Shown in pieces: positions 32,872-47,679 of a stretch of 64,000 bases of DNA. A model generated the notes under the pieces. It saw nothing but the letters and a program-made list of their open reading frames with translations. It made no database searches and was not told the DNA's origin. The position numbers and the translations under genes were made by a program. This DNA comes from Bugula neritina. Lineage: Eukaryota > Animalia > Bryozoa. How positions within the stretch are numbered: position 1 is the first letter of the stretch; each line of letters opens with the position of its first letter. Location of the stretch: NCBI GenBank assembly GCA_964035545.1, contig OZ037767.1, positions 12,943,801 through 13,007,800 on the forward strand. Direction: 5' to 3'.

Positions 32872-35800
32872 CCTATAGCAATTATTATTTTACTTTATTC
32901 AGGTCAACCTCATTTTGTACTAAAATATAACACGCCCCCTAATCTAGCATAAGCTCTGCTTTGCTTCAAAGCATTCCTCTGTAATTTTAGTTAGCAATAA
33001 TCCTGTTTTTGTTCTCCTTCCAATATTATCATGCCCTTCTACAGCTATAACCATACAATAAATTTTTGAAATCTGTTTCTTCAACTTGTCAATTTGTTCA
33101 AGCTATGTAATACATTTCTCATGGTTTCCAATCGTTCTGTAATTTAAATTCTTCATTCAGTCAGTTTCTAATAACCAATATCATTTTTTGTCAACAATAG
33201 TGATGAAGCTGTTTACTAATTTCAGTATTGCAGCGTTTCATCTCAATACATGTAAAGTTAACTTTTTATAACACTAGAATTAGCTGATTTCAAATATCTA
33301 GGTTTTTCAGACTTCAATTATTTTATTAATGCCGGGCGCTATACAAGTGTATCTAGTACTTATGCTTTTTTCTGATGCTATAGCCATAAATGCGTTTGAC
33401 AACTGGTGAACAGTTGTTTTACCATTATTCATAAAGATATAATTTGTGTCTGCAATTATATACTTTGATTGACTATAACAAAACACACTACGTTCCTCTA
33501 CAAAAAGTGGTTAAAGACAAGCAGTTGTTAAATTATGGTTAGTCAGGGTTTTTACAATTTATTCACCTAATTTGTTTTTTTTTATATGTTTATATTTCAT
33601 TTGTTAAATAAACATTACTGTATAAGCAGTATATGGCCTACGTCTTTATCTCCTACCAACATCTTTGTAGATAGTTGGTTGCAGCAAAGTTCTTCAAACA
33701 TAAAAGAGTTCACATGGCATATAGAGATAATATTCACCTGTTTCAGCCAGTTGATACTCCCTCAAGTTGCGTAATGTCTGTCTCTTTTTTCAATTTTACA
33801 ATTTTCAGAGCTCATCTGGTTCTGACAAATAACGAAATGCTAGTAGCTTATGAATGTCACTCAATCTTTTATATTACTGAAAAATCAAAGTATAGGAATC
33901 TCATCGGATAGGTAAAGCTCATTGCTTTCATTCATATTTTGCAATAACTTTCATTGCTCTCAAATAATTGGCTCATGGCTGTAGTAAAATGCTTTGACAC
34001 TCCCATACTTGGTCACTTCGCTTGCCTCGATCAGTAGCATAGTGACTAACTGTGGTTGTTCTTTGCCCGTGTAACATTTTATATCATTTGAATGAATTAA
34101 ATTAGAAAATATCTAAAAAAGTTCGATATATAATATTTTGTTGCTATAAAAACTCGACTTGTTTTATTGCTTTTAGTCTCTAAAAAAGTCAAGTACTGTT
34201 TGCACAAACAAATATTATCATTTAATTGATTAATGAACACTGCTGTATGATTCTGCTTCTATATAAATGGATTTTTAATGCTTTTAAGAAATATGCAGGC
34301 TAATCTGTGCACAATGCAGCTGCTTCAGATGTGGTCCTCGCAATTTTACAAAGCAGACTACCACCGCAAGGAAGGGAGAGTATCATTGCTTCCACAAAAG
34401 CAAATTTAAAAGTTGCACTTGCTTGAATCAGATTGCTGTACTAGTTTTCAGCAGTTAAGAGCCTTGAATAATGCATGAGGCTTGAATTAGTAGATAAACA
34501 AAGACAAGATCCCGCATACTGGTCAAGCTATGTTGGGTTTTCTTTAACAATGAAAACTATCGATTTGTAAAATGAGTCCCAATTAACACAAGGTGAAGCC
34601 TCATGTAAATACAATTGCCAAGCAGCGTCTAAAGGTTTGAGTCACTTTGTAAATCTAAATCTATCACATTTGCAAAGATATTATTATGTTTAAAAGTTTT
34701 TCTTTTAGGTATAGTTTAAGGAAATTTATTTGATACCGTACAATGACCAATTTTGTGAAAGCATTAACAAAACCCTTTGTTGGTCTATTTATAAATGCTA
34801 TATAAAGGTAAGCTTTTCCTTGAAAGCTAATTTAAAACCCAAACACCTTTTCTATGCACAAGTAATCTGCTCTACCGTATTATTTATGTCAACCACCTAT
34901 TATAACTCAACCACACAATTCTACAAAGACATTTCATTTAAAGAGTTGAGAGTTGTGCCCAATCAGTCAATGAGGCATTAGCTCAAGCTCTTTTCACCCT
35001 CCCTGCTTTGTAAAATGTGCTTTTGATTCTTTATTCAAAAGGTTACTAACCACTCTCTTCACAACCTACTTTTAGTTAGGCTATAAACAGAAATTAAACG
35101 AGAAAACTGTATTTTTTAGAAAATACAATTTTTAAAAGATAAAAAATTGGTTTTTAACTAAATCTTTGTTCTGATTTCATACAGATAATCTGTGGAGTAC
35201 TACAGGGATCTATAGTAGTCCTCACACTATTCCTAATAATATGAAGGTATATCATAATTGATATATTACCATACAGTTACAGTTTTAGAGTCCATAGTAT
35301 TTGCTGATGACACAGATCAACAGACATACTAAGCAATGTAGGCATCTTAACTTGTAAATTAAATAAAACTGAAACTTGGGTAATACAACTAGATTAACCA
35401 TGTTTACATAAGTAAAACAAACTACACAATTATTAAATCAGCTCAAATCAGACGATACTTCAACGACTTTTTCTTGATGAATAAAATATGTTCTCGCTAC
35501 TTATTTAGAGAACTCTAGTCCAAATATACAACTTTTTTGTTAATTTTAAATCAAGTTACTTTCAGGTAATGTAACAAATATGTATCTACTACAAAAGAAA
35601 AGGTGTTATTCTAGATAGACGGTTCCCAGTTAGAAACTAAGTATTTATTTTGGTGCAGTATATATGTATTTTATGTGCAGTTTATTTAGTACTATTAAAA
35701 TATATAGGTATATGTAAATAGATCTGAATCAATTGTTTGTTCAATATTGCACAATAAATTTTAAAATACAAGAGAGACACAATATATTATTTTTAAGATA

Positions 35801-36892
35801 AAAATATTAAATATTTTTATTAAGCAATATATTTACAGAATACAATACATAAATACATTCTATGATATATCACATACTGCTATATTACAACTGCAACTCA
35901 GAACAAGGGAAACCAGGTGTTGAACACATTTATATTAACTATTATTTCATGTTTAGCAATCAATACAACAGCTATATAGGTACATATGTTAATCTATATA
36001 TTATATATATTGTACCAAAATAAGAAAATTACGTCTAACTAAAAAGCGCCTATCTGGGATGAAACCAAAGAAAACACTTTGCATAATACCATGCAAACAA
36101 CTACATCTCTGCTTGTAACAGCAAAATTTAAGAGAAACTTTCATAATTGACTTAAAAATATACAAGATCTTCACAAGAATTGCGAATATAGTATAATGTG
36201 AGTAAGATTGAGGTGAGTTTAAAGGTATGTGGTGGTCTACAAACAACTCTAAGTCTCAAGCTACCACTAGTAAGATGAGGTGGGGATAAAATCAAGTAAC
36301 AGTCAGATGTTGCATTGGGATATTTTTATTGTTACTGCAGCACAGCATAAACTTGGTGGTATAATTATAAGCATTGAGTACACGAGTAGCTACAGCTAAA
36401 ATTAATTGCTACAATTCATCTGGCTGTGTATGGTACTACACAGCCAGATAATTAAAACTATGGTCATTTGAGACTAAAGGTTTTACATCTAAGCCTCCAT
36501 GTTTTTTATAAGTTTCAATGAATGTAATGTCCATTAGTTTTAAAATTAAAAGCTAATGTTGTTTTTGAGCTATGAATTATGGTTAGTATAATAAGTATGT
36601 GTGACAATTGTTTTCATGTATTATAAAACTGCTAATTGTTTGGTTCATTACCATTGTGATAATGTCCTAATATGAGTACGTCTGTGATATAGCCTTATTT
36701 ATATCAGGTCAAGCAAATGTGCCGGTTCCCATAGGCATTGTATTTTCTTAAAGGTAATAAAATATAGTTTTAAGACAATTTTCTTTTCAAAGGAATGTTT
36801 ATAGGTCTTCCCATTATATGAAATACAAGTGAACAGTAGATACATATGCAATAAATTGGACATTATACTTAAACTATTTTTATTAAATGCTC

Positions 36893-37100
36893 AGGGAGCA
36901 GTAGCGGTCTAGAGGTTAGAGGTTAGAGTGCTGGCATAGTAAACACAAAGTCATGGGATACGAATCAAAGTAAAGGCCATTGGTGATGCCAGGAAGAGCA
37001 CCCAGTTATAATTCACATATGAACAAATCATTAGGTCACTTTAAAAACTCTTTCCATCGAGGTTTTCACAGGGATAGGGACTATAAACTTGCTTAGTTTA
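36893..37100 (+). mobile_element. tRNA-derived SINE copy (pre-dates the inverted duplication)
   Basis: Same family as 15177 and 18011; a mirrored copy sits at 51470-51686. Confidence 0.7.
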
Positions 37101-38369
37101 TTTTCAAGAAATTATCTCTATGTTGTAGTGGTAATTGGTAGTTTACTAATTTAATTATCAACAGTACATTAACAGTAACACTAAATTTAGTTACTGCATG
37201 TAAGCAGTAGTTAAGTGTCATTAGCATATTAGTATTACTATTTATATTGTACTTGAGAATGTCTTCATCCTACCTGCAGGCAGTCATATCAATAGGCACA
37301 TTCACAACTGCTGGATATTAACTACTTGCATATCAATGGATATGAACGATTACTGTCAGAAATAATTTCTATTAATAACTCTGGTGTCTAGACAGCAGAG
37401 TTGGACAACCTGGCAATTTACTATTGGCTAAAGGGAGTGCCCAGTTAACATAAATAGGAGGCCTTCCTTATACAGTGGCACTCTTGAAAACTGACTCCTG
37501 AAGACCTACTCCTGAAGAGCAGCTCTTGACAAGACAAGGGAACACCAGAAGAAGCTCTGAGCTATAGAGGAGTCACCAAATAAACCATCAAGAACCTTTA
37601 AGATGATTAATATTAATTTACAATATATGCATATAGATAATATAGTAAATACCACCTTTATGTAATAGGAATATTTCTTTGAATAGAATTGTACAATCGA
37701 GATACAGCAAATATGAAAATTTATACTGTAACAATTGGTGGAGGGCCTTAAAGTCTCCATTCTTGTAGCCAAGTTATTTGCTTGATAGCCAAGGTCGCAC
37801 CTTGTGTATAATTATAGTTTGAGAAATTGTAATTGTGCTCCTATTAACGATTGCAGACAAGCATTTTTTAAATTTCAGAATGCCATTAAATAGATGGTAA
37901 ACAATTTTATGTAATTGACAGGTCCCACAATTTAAAGCTCTATTGAAAAATATTATATACTAGTAGGCAGTGATGACCAGAGCCCTGGTAAATAGAGAGT
38001 ATACCAAAATTTATATTCTGGAAGTTAAACATTATTGCCAAAGGGAAACTGTTTGCCATATTGACACAATTATCTATGTTTTAGAGTTCAATTTTACATT
38101 TGTGTTATAAGATATCTGTGGCATAGCTGAACCCCAGAAGTCTGATCAACTTGTGTGGTAAGTAGCACCCATCAGATATATTGTCATATTCACATACTAA
38201 TTATTGTACACCTTTGTTAAATATACAACAGCTGTTTATCTTTAATTTTGAAATTAGGAGGACCTCTGCAACTTTATCACAAAAATAAAATTTTACACAC
38301 TACATACATCCAAATTGAAAATGTCAGTCTGAATTATTATGAAAAACTGGGGTAGAAAATAATAATACA

Positions 38370-38700
38370 TACAGGATAAGAGCACGCGACTCCTTTAAAA
38401 CGTTTCATTTACTATAACTATTGGTATACCAAAATAAGTAATCAGCTACCCAAACTACAACAGCAACCCGCAATACATGCTTTTAAAATCAAAGCCTGCG
38501 CAATTACTATTGCAAGCTGAAATAATTGTAGTACCCTTAAATTCCAAATCAAGAGGAATTCACACACTTCACACTATCAATTGTAAGACCAGACAAACAA
38601 TGGCAGCTCCTACGTTAAGAGACTCACGGAAAGAAATGGCCTCCGCAGCGGTTACCACGACTTCCCTCCCTACATCATTGACAACAGCAACCACTACAAT
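38370..38700 (+). mobile_element. Possible highly decayed CR1/L2-like LINE 3' remnant
   Basis: A-rich strand; PLNSKSRGIHTLHTINCKT loosely resembles LINE ORF2 C-termini. Weak. Confidence 0.3.
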
Positions 38701-38939
38701 ATCACAACTACCAGTCCTGCCTCTAGGGCACAACATACCAGACTGGTCTGGAAGATGCAGTGCTACTTGTGACTAGACAAAAAACATCCGGTGCTATCCA
38801 ATTTTCGACTTCAACTCAAGACACTTTTAACTTTTGAAACTCACTTTCAGAATATATGACAACAATGTGTCTAAAAGGCAAGATAACTCCATCAATGCCA
38901 CCAGCACCAACATCATATGCAGTATTATTTACATCATAC

Positions 38940-39090
38940 CCATCACCACCACCACCACCACCATCACCAAGTCGCCACCGCCACCATCACCGCCACCGAC
39001 ACCAACACCAACACCAACACCACCAACACCAACACCACCAACACCAACACCACCAACACCAACACCAACACCAACATACCATCACCGCCA
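38940..39090. repeat. (CAC)n/(ACCAAC)n simple repeat
   Basis: Direct reading. Confidence 0.9.
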
Positions 39091-41467
39091 TGCACTGTAT
39101 AGCTTCCCGTCACAACATCTGTGTGCAGTGTTGTATTTTTACTTTCCTATCTGCAATGATTTTAATTAAAAGAAGCCTCATATTTGTAGCTGCTTAATGG
39201 TGTACGAAAGCTTAGTTTTAGTAATTTATTTTACAGCTTTTAGATTGAAATAAAATTTAACCATACATGCAACAAAATTTAATTCAAGTAAAAGTGATCG
39301 TCAGTGTTCCTTTCTTCTGCCAATATTCATTTTATATTTTTAGATTTTTTATTTTGCTTTTTACGTACGCTAATTTAATCAAATATCTGATGAAAAAAGC
39401 TGATGCTACTACCAGCCACCCTGTGTAAAACATTGCTGCAAGTAGAATTATTTCAACACTAGAAACAAAATGTTGAAAGCATGATAAAGCAATAGTACTT
39501 ATTACAGTTACATATTACTATTATATATTGGATGAGATGCTATATATTCTAAAATTTCACAATACATTACAAACATGTACGTAATACTATAGTAATATTG
39601 ATGGATACTCAACATGTAGTTAATACACATACTATGAACAGAGCTAGCACAACTTTTACTTAAGCTGTACTCAGTTTAACTTCTTAACTTATACTTAACT
39701 TATATACTGGTAAGGTTGCAACTTCATACGTCATAACCTTAAGTATACATAGTTATCGTATATTTGTCATTATATGTGAGTTATCCTCTCTTTATAATGA
39801 AATTAATTTAGTAGTCTTTTTAAATACATAAGTTTTTATTTAAAAATACAAGTTTATGTCATAGTTCTCATAGATTTTTACAGTGTTTTTGGTTGCAAGT
39901 TAAATATATACTATATAGTAGTCATGTAGCGGATTTAGCTGTCATAATTACTATGAAACCCCTTGAAATCCACGAAATTCTCCAACTAAATTGCTTTAAT
40001 GTTAGTGATTGGTTTGTAGATTCTAGTGTCTATGCATCAGCAGAGACTTCTGTTTTAGCATTGACCTCTAGCAGTATATATCAGATGTGTCTAGAATATT
40101 CTAGTGAGTCCAGTAGAGATAAAAGCTGATTTTTACTAGTGGTAGGATGTGTCTTCTAAATTATTTTTATTCAATGTCTTAGCCATCCTTCTCTCCAGCT
40201 CTAAGTTTTTATCTGTAAATATATTTATAATCATAAATATTCTACATACTAAAATCTATGTGCCATGTCCTACATTTCATATACGTATAATAGCTTACCA
40301 TACTGTAGTGCGAGCATTCTTGTATTTAGTGAATGGTAAGACAACTTCCAATAAAGTATATTATATAATATATTTATAAATATAAATAATACAACTTCTA
40401 ACTTACATTTGCTCTACCTATGCATTATGCTAATATATACAACTGTACCCTGGGTATAATGTAATCAGGACGTGATAAGATAATTCCAAATTAAGTAAGC
40501 ATAAACATAATATATTAAGTCTGTACAACTTGTAAAATTGTAGGAGAAAGCAACTAACCCATTTCATAGTCTAGTGCCTCACTATAGCCATAGTTGGTGT
40601 GTGTGGGACTGGTTGGGGGGGGGGTGGGAAGACATCCTGCTTCTACTGATAGTAGAGCAACTGTTTCCCCTGCCAGTAGTCATTGTGCTCATCTGAGTGT
40701 CGTACATTATCTGTCCTGAACTCTCCATGGCCTTCTTGTCAAGGGTCAGGAACCCATTTGATTTGACTCCAGTGTACTCTCTTTAAGTCGTTGAAGTCTG
40801 TATGGAATAACAAAAATACATAAACACTTCTCTGTACAGATAATTTTAGTATCTAAATGGGAAGTTGTGGTGGTGTGTGTAGCAGACATAATATTTTACT
40901 CACTAAAGAATAACATTTGGAGTGTTATGGTGGTGTATAATGTTAAGAGTTTACAGTTACTAAGTGTATAGATACAGTGATGTCATGCCAGGTGTAGGCT
41001 TAGTTTGAGATCTTGTAAACATCTAACAAACTACATTTCTAGAGACAGTAGGTTGACAAATTAGTATTAAATTTTCTCAATTTTGCGGAGCTGTTTCATT
41101 CTTTCTATGTGTCCCAGTTTGGTATATGACCATAAAAATTGTATGCAGCATTTGAAAGCCCCAATAATACAACTATACAATAATACAACTACTAATTCAC
41201 CATCATTATTCAGTTAGTATTTCTGTTTCTGTATTTCAGAAAGCACTTACTAGCATATGTTTCCTCCCTCCATGCATTTGATTTCCTATAATTCTCAAAG
41301 TCATCAAAATTGTTGTCTTGGGCTTGCGGTGCTCCCAATATTCTCAGCAGCTTAGCAAACTTCCTGTGATTTCTGTAACTTTTGCAGCAGTATAACACTA
41401 TGAGTAGGAATATTAGTATTGCTATAGCTAAGGCTATTGCAACTCCCAGTATTATCTCTACTAGTAA

Positions 41468-41811
41468 GCCTAGGGCCACACGGCGAGTATTTTCGCATGC
41501 GAAAATTGAAATCACAAGTAGCAAAGGTGTCCACTGTAGCGTCAGTAATGCGTGATAAATAAAGCTTTCATTTTTAAATCGCACTCGCTTTCAATAAAAC
41601 GCAATTTACTAGAATGTAGCACTAAAATAAAGAAGTTGGGCTCGCTGAATAACTATCAGCCAATTAGGTGACGACGACAGAGACGATTCGCACTTGCGTT
41701 GAGAATGCAGAGCGACAAGTGCGAAGGTTTTCTCAACGCGCACAGTGGACACCTTTGCTACTTGTGATTTCAATTTTCGCATGCGAAAATACGCGCCGTG
41801 TGGCCCTAGGC
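41468..41811. mobile_element. PIF/Harbinger-type MITE
   Basis: About 70-bp near-perfect TIRs (gcctagggccacacggcg..ggtgtccactgt). TAA target-site duplication at 41465-41467 and 41812-41814. Confidence 0.9.
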
Positions 41812-43633
41812 TAAATGTGCTCAGTCAGCTGCTGTTTTTATTTCCCATCAGCTACTGCACTCTTTGCATATACACTCTGTTTTCATAACTGTTATGCAAA
41901 TGGATGCCCAGTTTGCATTAACTCAATGTAACGGCATTAGGGAATCACAAATCCATTGGCATAATGCAATGGTAGAAATGTGGTGACAGTAACAAAAAGG
42001 AGAAAACGGAATCCAAGAGAACATAACTCCCTAAACTTGTGAATTGCATATTTTTCCAACTAATAAATAGTTACATATAGTTCAAGTATTTAGAGCTGAG
42101 TGGATAGACAGTATTAGCTTGTGTGAGTTGCTCACATTAGTAGGTTACTGTCTCTGTATATTCAGAGAGTCACCAGAGTCTGTAAATTGTAAAAACAACA
42201 TCATCTCACCCTTGTGTATTAGTATTCTAGTCTTATTACTGTGTAGGCATTCTTTACTTGATGTGAGATTTTAGAGATAAGACTATTAAGGATGATATCT
42301 TTATATATTCAGATTAGTAACTAGTATAAATATATTACATTGATGTAATCTCTCTCAAGAACTAATTGCTGTGCAAGAGCTAATTTATATTATCATTATA
42401 AGTAGATTATGGAATGAAGTCTAGAAATAACAGATTTAAGAGTCTGAATCTTCTGGTTTAACAGAGGGCTGTAAGCATAGTTTTCTTCATGTGTATTTTT
42501 GTCCACCCCTCTATCTCCTCTGCTGTTATCTACCCTTCTGCTCCCTCTGCTCTTATCCACCCCCCTATATGCTCTCTTACATACTCATAGTCATTCTCTC
42601 ATCTCTTGTTTTCACAAAAAGGTTATGAACTTCAGCAAAGTTTAAATTTACAAGTGAGTATTTTGGCAGCTTGTTAAGATTGATTTAGAAAATTTGTTAC
42701 GATTCCATAAAATTTATCTATATAACATTCCTAATATAGAAATATTTATTGGTATTACAACACTGCCAGACAATAGTCCCATCACATATGTCATTGATCA
42801 GTCAAGTAGCATAAATGAGCCTACTTACTCTCTCTCCCTTCCAGTCCTGGTATGTATTCATTCACATACACAGGAGATGATGTGGTTGTTGTCGGTGTAG
42901 TTGGTCTGATCTTAAGAGTTGTGTCTATTGGTGACAGGAATGTCGGTATTGTTTCTCCAACTGTAAAGTTACATTAGATTGTCATAACCTAGTACTGCAT
43001 ACCTCGATGGAGATCAATATTATTAGAATAACTTGTATGTGGATTTAGAATGCTCTGGCCAATCATAATGTACTGACTACCTCATTTTATGAATAATGAG
43101 AAGACAATTTCTGAAGTCATGCATTTGAACTTTGATATAGCTGTTGGATTTAGATATGTTGTCATTGTGAAGTATGTGAAGCAGTAAGCTCGGGTGTTGT
43201 ACTCAACTCTGCACTATACGTCTATTATAGCTCCTACTATGTGTTGTATTCTTCCATTTCTACAGTTAGTATCGTCCTCTGCTATTCTCCACCACTCTGG
43301 CATTGTTACGTTTGCATCACATGTTTTCTTACCGTTACATTTGTGAAGTATTAAATTGAATAGATGGCGGTACTCCTTTGATAGTCTTGATCGTCTCATG
43401 CACCTATGAGAATATTGTGTAGTTTCTCTTTCCACAAATTAAATGCCAGTTGTTAATTTGTGCCCATGCAGCACTACTTTTACTATTTTATATTTTCTAC
43501 TCAATAGTTTGCTATTCTTTTTGCTAAATTAATTTATGACAATTTGGCTTATACTCTATTTATTGCTATACTCTGCTAGTTCTATTACAATACTATTACT
43601 ATATATAGTGCTATACTTTTTATTATTATATAT

Positions 43634-43666
<33 letters not shown>

Positions 43667-44484
43667 ATAAAAAGTATAATACTATAAGCATTTTGTATAA
43701 TTACTTAAGTATATTAGTAAGTTTTCTGCTAAGTATATTTTTTATGTTTGATATTAAATTTATTTAGTAGTGTAATTTCTTCTAGATACGGTACTATATA
43801 ATACCTACTACTACATTTAGTGTTACACCCACAAATAGAGGCCTCTATATTCATTCTATTAGCCTTCTGTATCATGAACACTAAGACAACTGGAACATTG
43901 CTTTTTAAAAACTACCACAACTCTGCTAATTCAATTTAGTTTTACTAAGATCCCATGCACATTTCTGATGAAAAGTTATTATACTCTACAGATTTATATC
44001 TTGTAAAGTGAAGACCTATTGTTGGGGCTGCTCTACGCACACCCCTAAATCTGTCATTAGTTATCCCCCACTAACTCAACTTATGGAAATAGGAGTTTTG
44101 AACCCTTAGTTAGTCAATCTTGAAAGACTTTTCAAGTTTAACCTTACACCTATTGTTGGGTTTACTTCAAGAAGCAGCACACAAAATTGTATTCATGTGC
44201 CAGCTGCCAAGCATGTTAGTTAATTCCTCTCTTGTGTTGACCTGCAAACTTTAGGGTTGCGCTGGTACTTACTATGAATAGTTCTCTGGCACTGCTCTGC
44301 CAGCTGGCACCTGTTACTTATCTTGGAATATTTTTAATGTAGTTGAAATCAGAAAGGTGAGCAAGGTAATGGACTGTACGTTATACACTGCGCTGCTTGC
44401 ACCGCATTTTTGCTGCCGTAGGTTCTTGCCTTGGCAGCCCACTAAGTTGAACCTTCCGGTCACAATTGTACAACAAATTATAAT

Positions 44485-44708
44485 AGTAATACAATAGAAT
44501 ATGTCAGCAAATACTATATAATGTGGCACCAAATACAATAGAGTGTGTCAGCAAATGCAACAAAATTTGTCAGCAAATACAATTTAGAATATGTCAGAAA
44601 ATACGATAGAATGTGTCAGCAAATACAATAGAATTAACAGCAAATACAATAGAATATTTCATCAAATACAATAAAATGCGGCACCAAATACAATAGAATA
44701 TGTCAGCT
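44485..44708. repeat. About 22-bp tandem repeat (aaatacaatagaatatgtcagc)
   Basis: About 10 degenerate units. Confidence 0.85.
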
Positions 44709-45143
44709 ATTGACTTTTCAAAATAAAATAAATTTTATCTCATATCTAATAATTTTATGCAATCTCAACACTCAAGTAGAAATATATGCTCACAGCAAGT
44801 CTCTCAATATAATTCCGTAGTTGGACTGCGAGCTCACACAGGTTGTCAAAACACAGGATGCTGCTTTCTTGAGTTTCATTCTATACAATAACTCTAAGGC
44901 TAAGTTTATATGAAGTGCTACAATACTTACACGACTCTGTAGAGTCAATGGACTGGGTGATGAATAATCCGGCAGCGGTCAGCATAATTTTACTCGCCAT
45001 GATCTGTGACACAACTATTTGGTGTTATACGTGCATACAGTTTATTATATAATCTAAGTCTGGCTAATTTAAATCAGGTTGGAAATGTAAATTAAGTAAA
45101 TTAGTTGTACAAGTGAACCACACCCTAATCTTAGATATTTCAG

Positions 45144-45272
45144 TCACGAACTGGAGTGTGTCTTTATATAGACACACTCCAGTTCGTGATTGGTTGTTGG
45201 TTATTGGAATGCTATGTGCAGGTAATTTAGTGTATACACTAAATTACCTGCACATAGCATTCCAATAACCAA
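45144..45272. repeat. Two adjacent palindromes (46 bp with 1 mismatch; 76 bp perfect)
   Basis: 45144-45189 and 45197-45272, checked base by base. Confidence 0.95.
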
Positions 45273-45659
45273 TTTATCCTTAAGCAGTGAGTTCATAAAT
45301 TTTTGTCGCCAAGGAAATGTCACCTTTTTCTATGACATACACTATTATGTTTCAGTATTGTAAGGCTAGTGTGTGTATAGGCCTTACCTGTTTCCTGCAG
45401 TTCAAGATTTGCAGTTGTGATAAATCCAATTGGTTCCATAGCCACGTAATTCATAGTTTTTTTTTAGTAATTTACATAAAAGTCAATAATCAGGGTAAAT
45501 GTGGAGTTTATTTGATTTTATAAAGACCATGATAATAAATATTATGATGTTCTATACACTTAAATAATGTAACATAAACTTTAGAGCATATCATCTGTAA
45601 CTGTAATTATGGTTATGTAATGTTATATTTATATCTTAACTCATATTCAAGTTTTCATT

Positions 45660-45835
45660 CACCGGCTTTCCATGAATTGATCTCAGATAGATCTTGGCGA
45701 GATCTACCATGGAAAAATGTCAAAGATCGATCTCAGTCGATCTGAGCTGGTCGGTCTGTAGAGCTCGAACTCAGAACGATCTCAAGGCAATAGGACCATG
45801 GAAAGACGAAAGATCGATCCGAGAAGTAGAAAAAT
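45660..45835. mobile_element. Probable DNA-transposon end with GATC/ccatggaaa subterminal repeats, cut by an LTR
   Basis: Repeated agatcgatc and ccatggaaa motifs; abrupt junction to the LTR at 45841. Confidence 0.4.
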
Positions 45836-45840
45836 GACTG

Positions 45841-46448
45841 TGTTGTATCTGGATTTAGAAGTATCATAAGTATGTGTAGTTGTCATCTCTTATTGTTGCA
45901 TGTGTATGGGGTGCACAACTCTAAGTTTGACATTATTATTGCATATAGCGTGGGTGTGGCTTGTGTGAGTGTTGTAGCTATATAACCTAGTGCAAATGGG
46001 AGAATTGAGGAACTTTAGACTGATTGAGAAACGATTGAGGATATTGTATAGAATGTATGCGACCCAATTAGAATATGTTAGAGTACGTTAGTGAGTGCTA
46101 GCCCAGGATCACAGACTTAGGAGCACCACCAGCCAACTACTTTAACCCCGAGTCTCAACCTCACCCCTACCAGACGGACCGGAGCTGGAGTTACCTCGCA
46201 GCCAAGCCATTAGCCCGTAACTACACACCGACCCCGAGCTCACCCCAAGGGTACAATATATATATTTACGAAAATCAGTAAAACCCATCATAACACTATA
46301 ACTAATTACTAGTAGTCCCTCATTGGCTATTACGGTGGTACCATCGCTATAGTTGATTTGCAGCAAGCATATGCATCGTGTCCTCATGCATAGAGAGAGA
46401 AAGAATGAGGAGTTGTCTTTTCGATAATATTAACACAAAATCTCTACA
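45841..46448 (-). mobile_element. Gypsy-type 3' LTR with PPT
   Basis: TGTAGAGATTTT..AAAAGACAACTCCTC start, as in 3659-4142; ends TACAACA. Preceded by ccttttgataggtgtg, as at 21555-21570. Confidence 0.75.
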
Positions 46449-46510
46449 TCCTTCACACCTATCAAAAGGCATACTCATAAAAAGAACCAAAATAATATAA
46501 AAGAAACAAC

Positions 46511-47675
<1,165 letters not shown>

Positions 47676-47679
47676 GTTT

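Larger units (their letters stand above)
40136..45000 (-). pseudogene. Probable pseudogene of a type I membrane protein with SUEL/Gal-lectin-like Cys domain, Thr stalk, TM and tail; exons about 44931-45000, 44273-44466, 43205-43403, 42829-42960, 41251-41460, 40559-40797, 40136-40212
   Basis: Signal-like MASKIMLTAAGLFITQS; GCQGKNL..KC and KCNGKKTCDANV..C (SUEL-like spacing); stalk PTTPTTTTSSP; TM IILGVAIALAIAILIFLLIVLYCC followed by KSYRNHRK. Lesions: IDV*CR, two stops and a frameshift in 40559-40797, and an apparently lost AG at about 44467. Confidence 0.7.

Noticed and set aside
38834-39197. His/Pro/Thr-rich ORFs
   Set aside because: Simple-repeat translations without splice or domain support.
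44794-44880. Candidate exon 2 of the central gene
   Set aside because: Joining to exon 1 creates TAA at the junction; role unresolved, so left out of the model.
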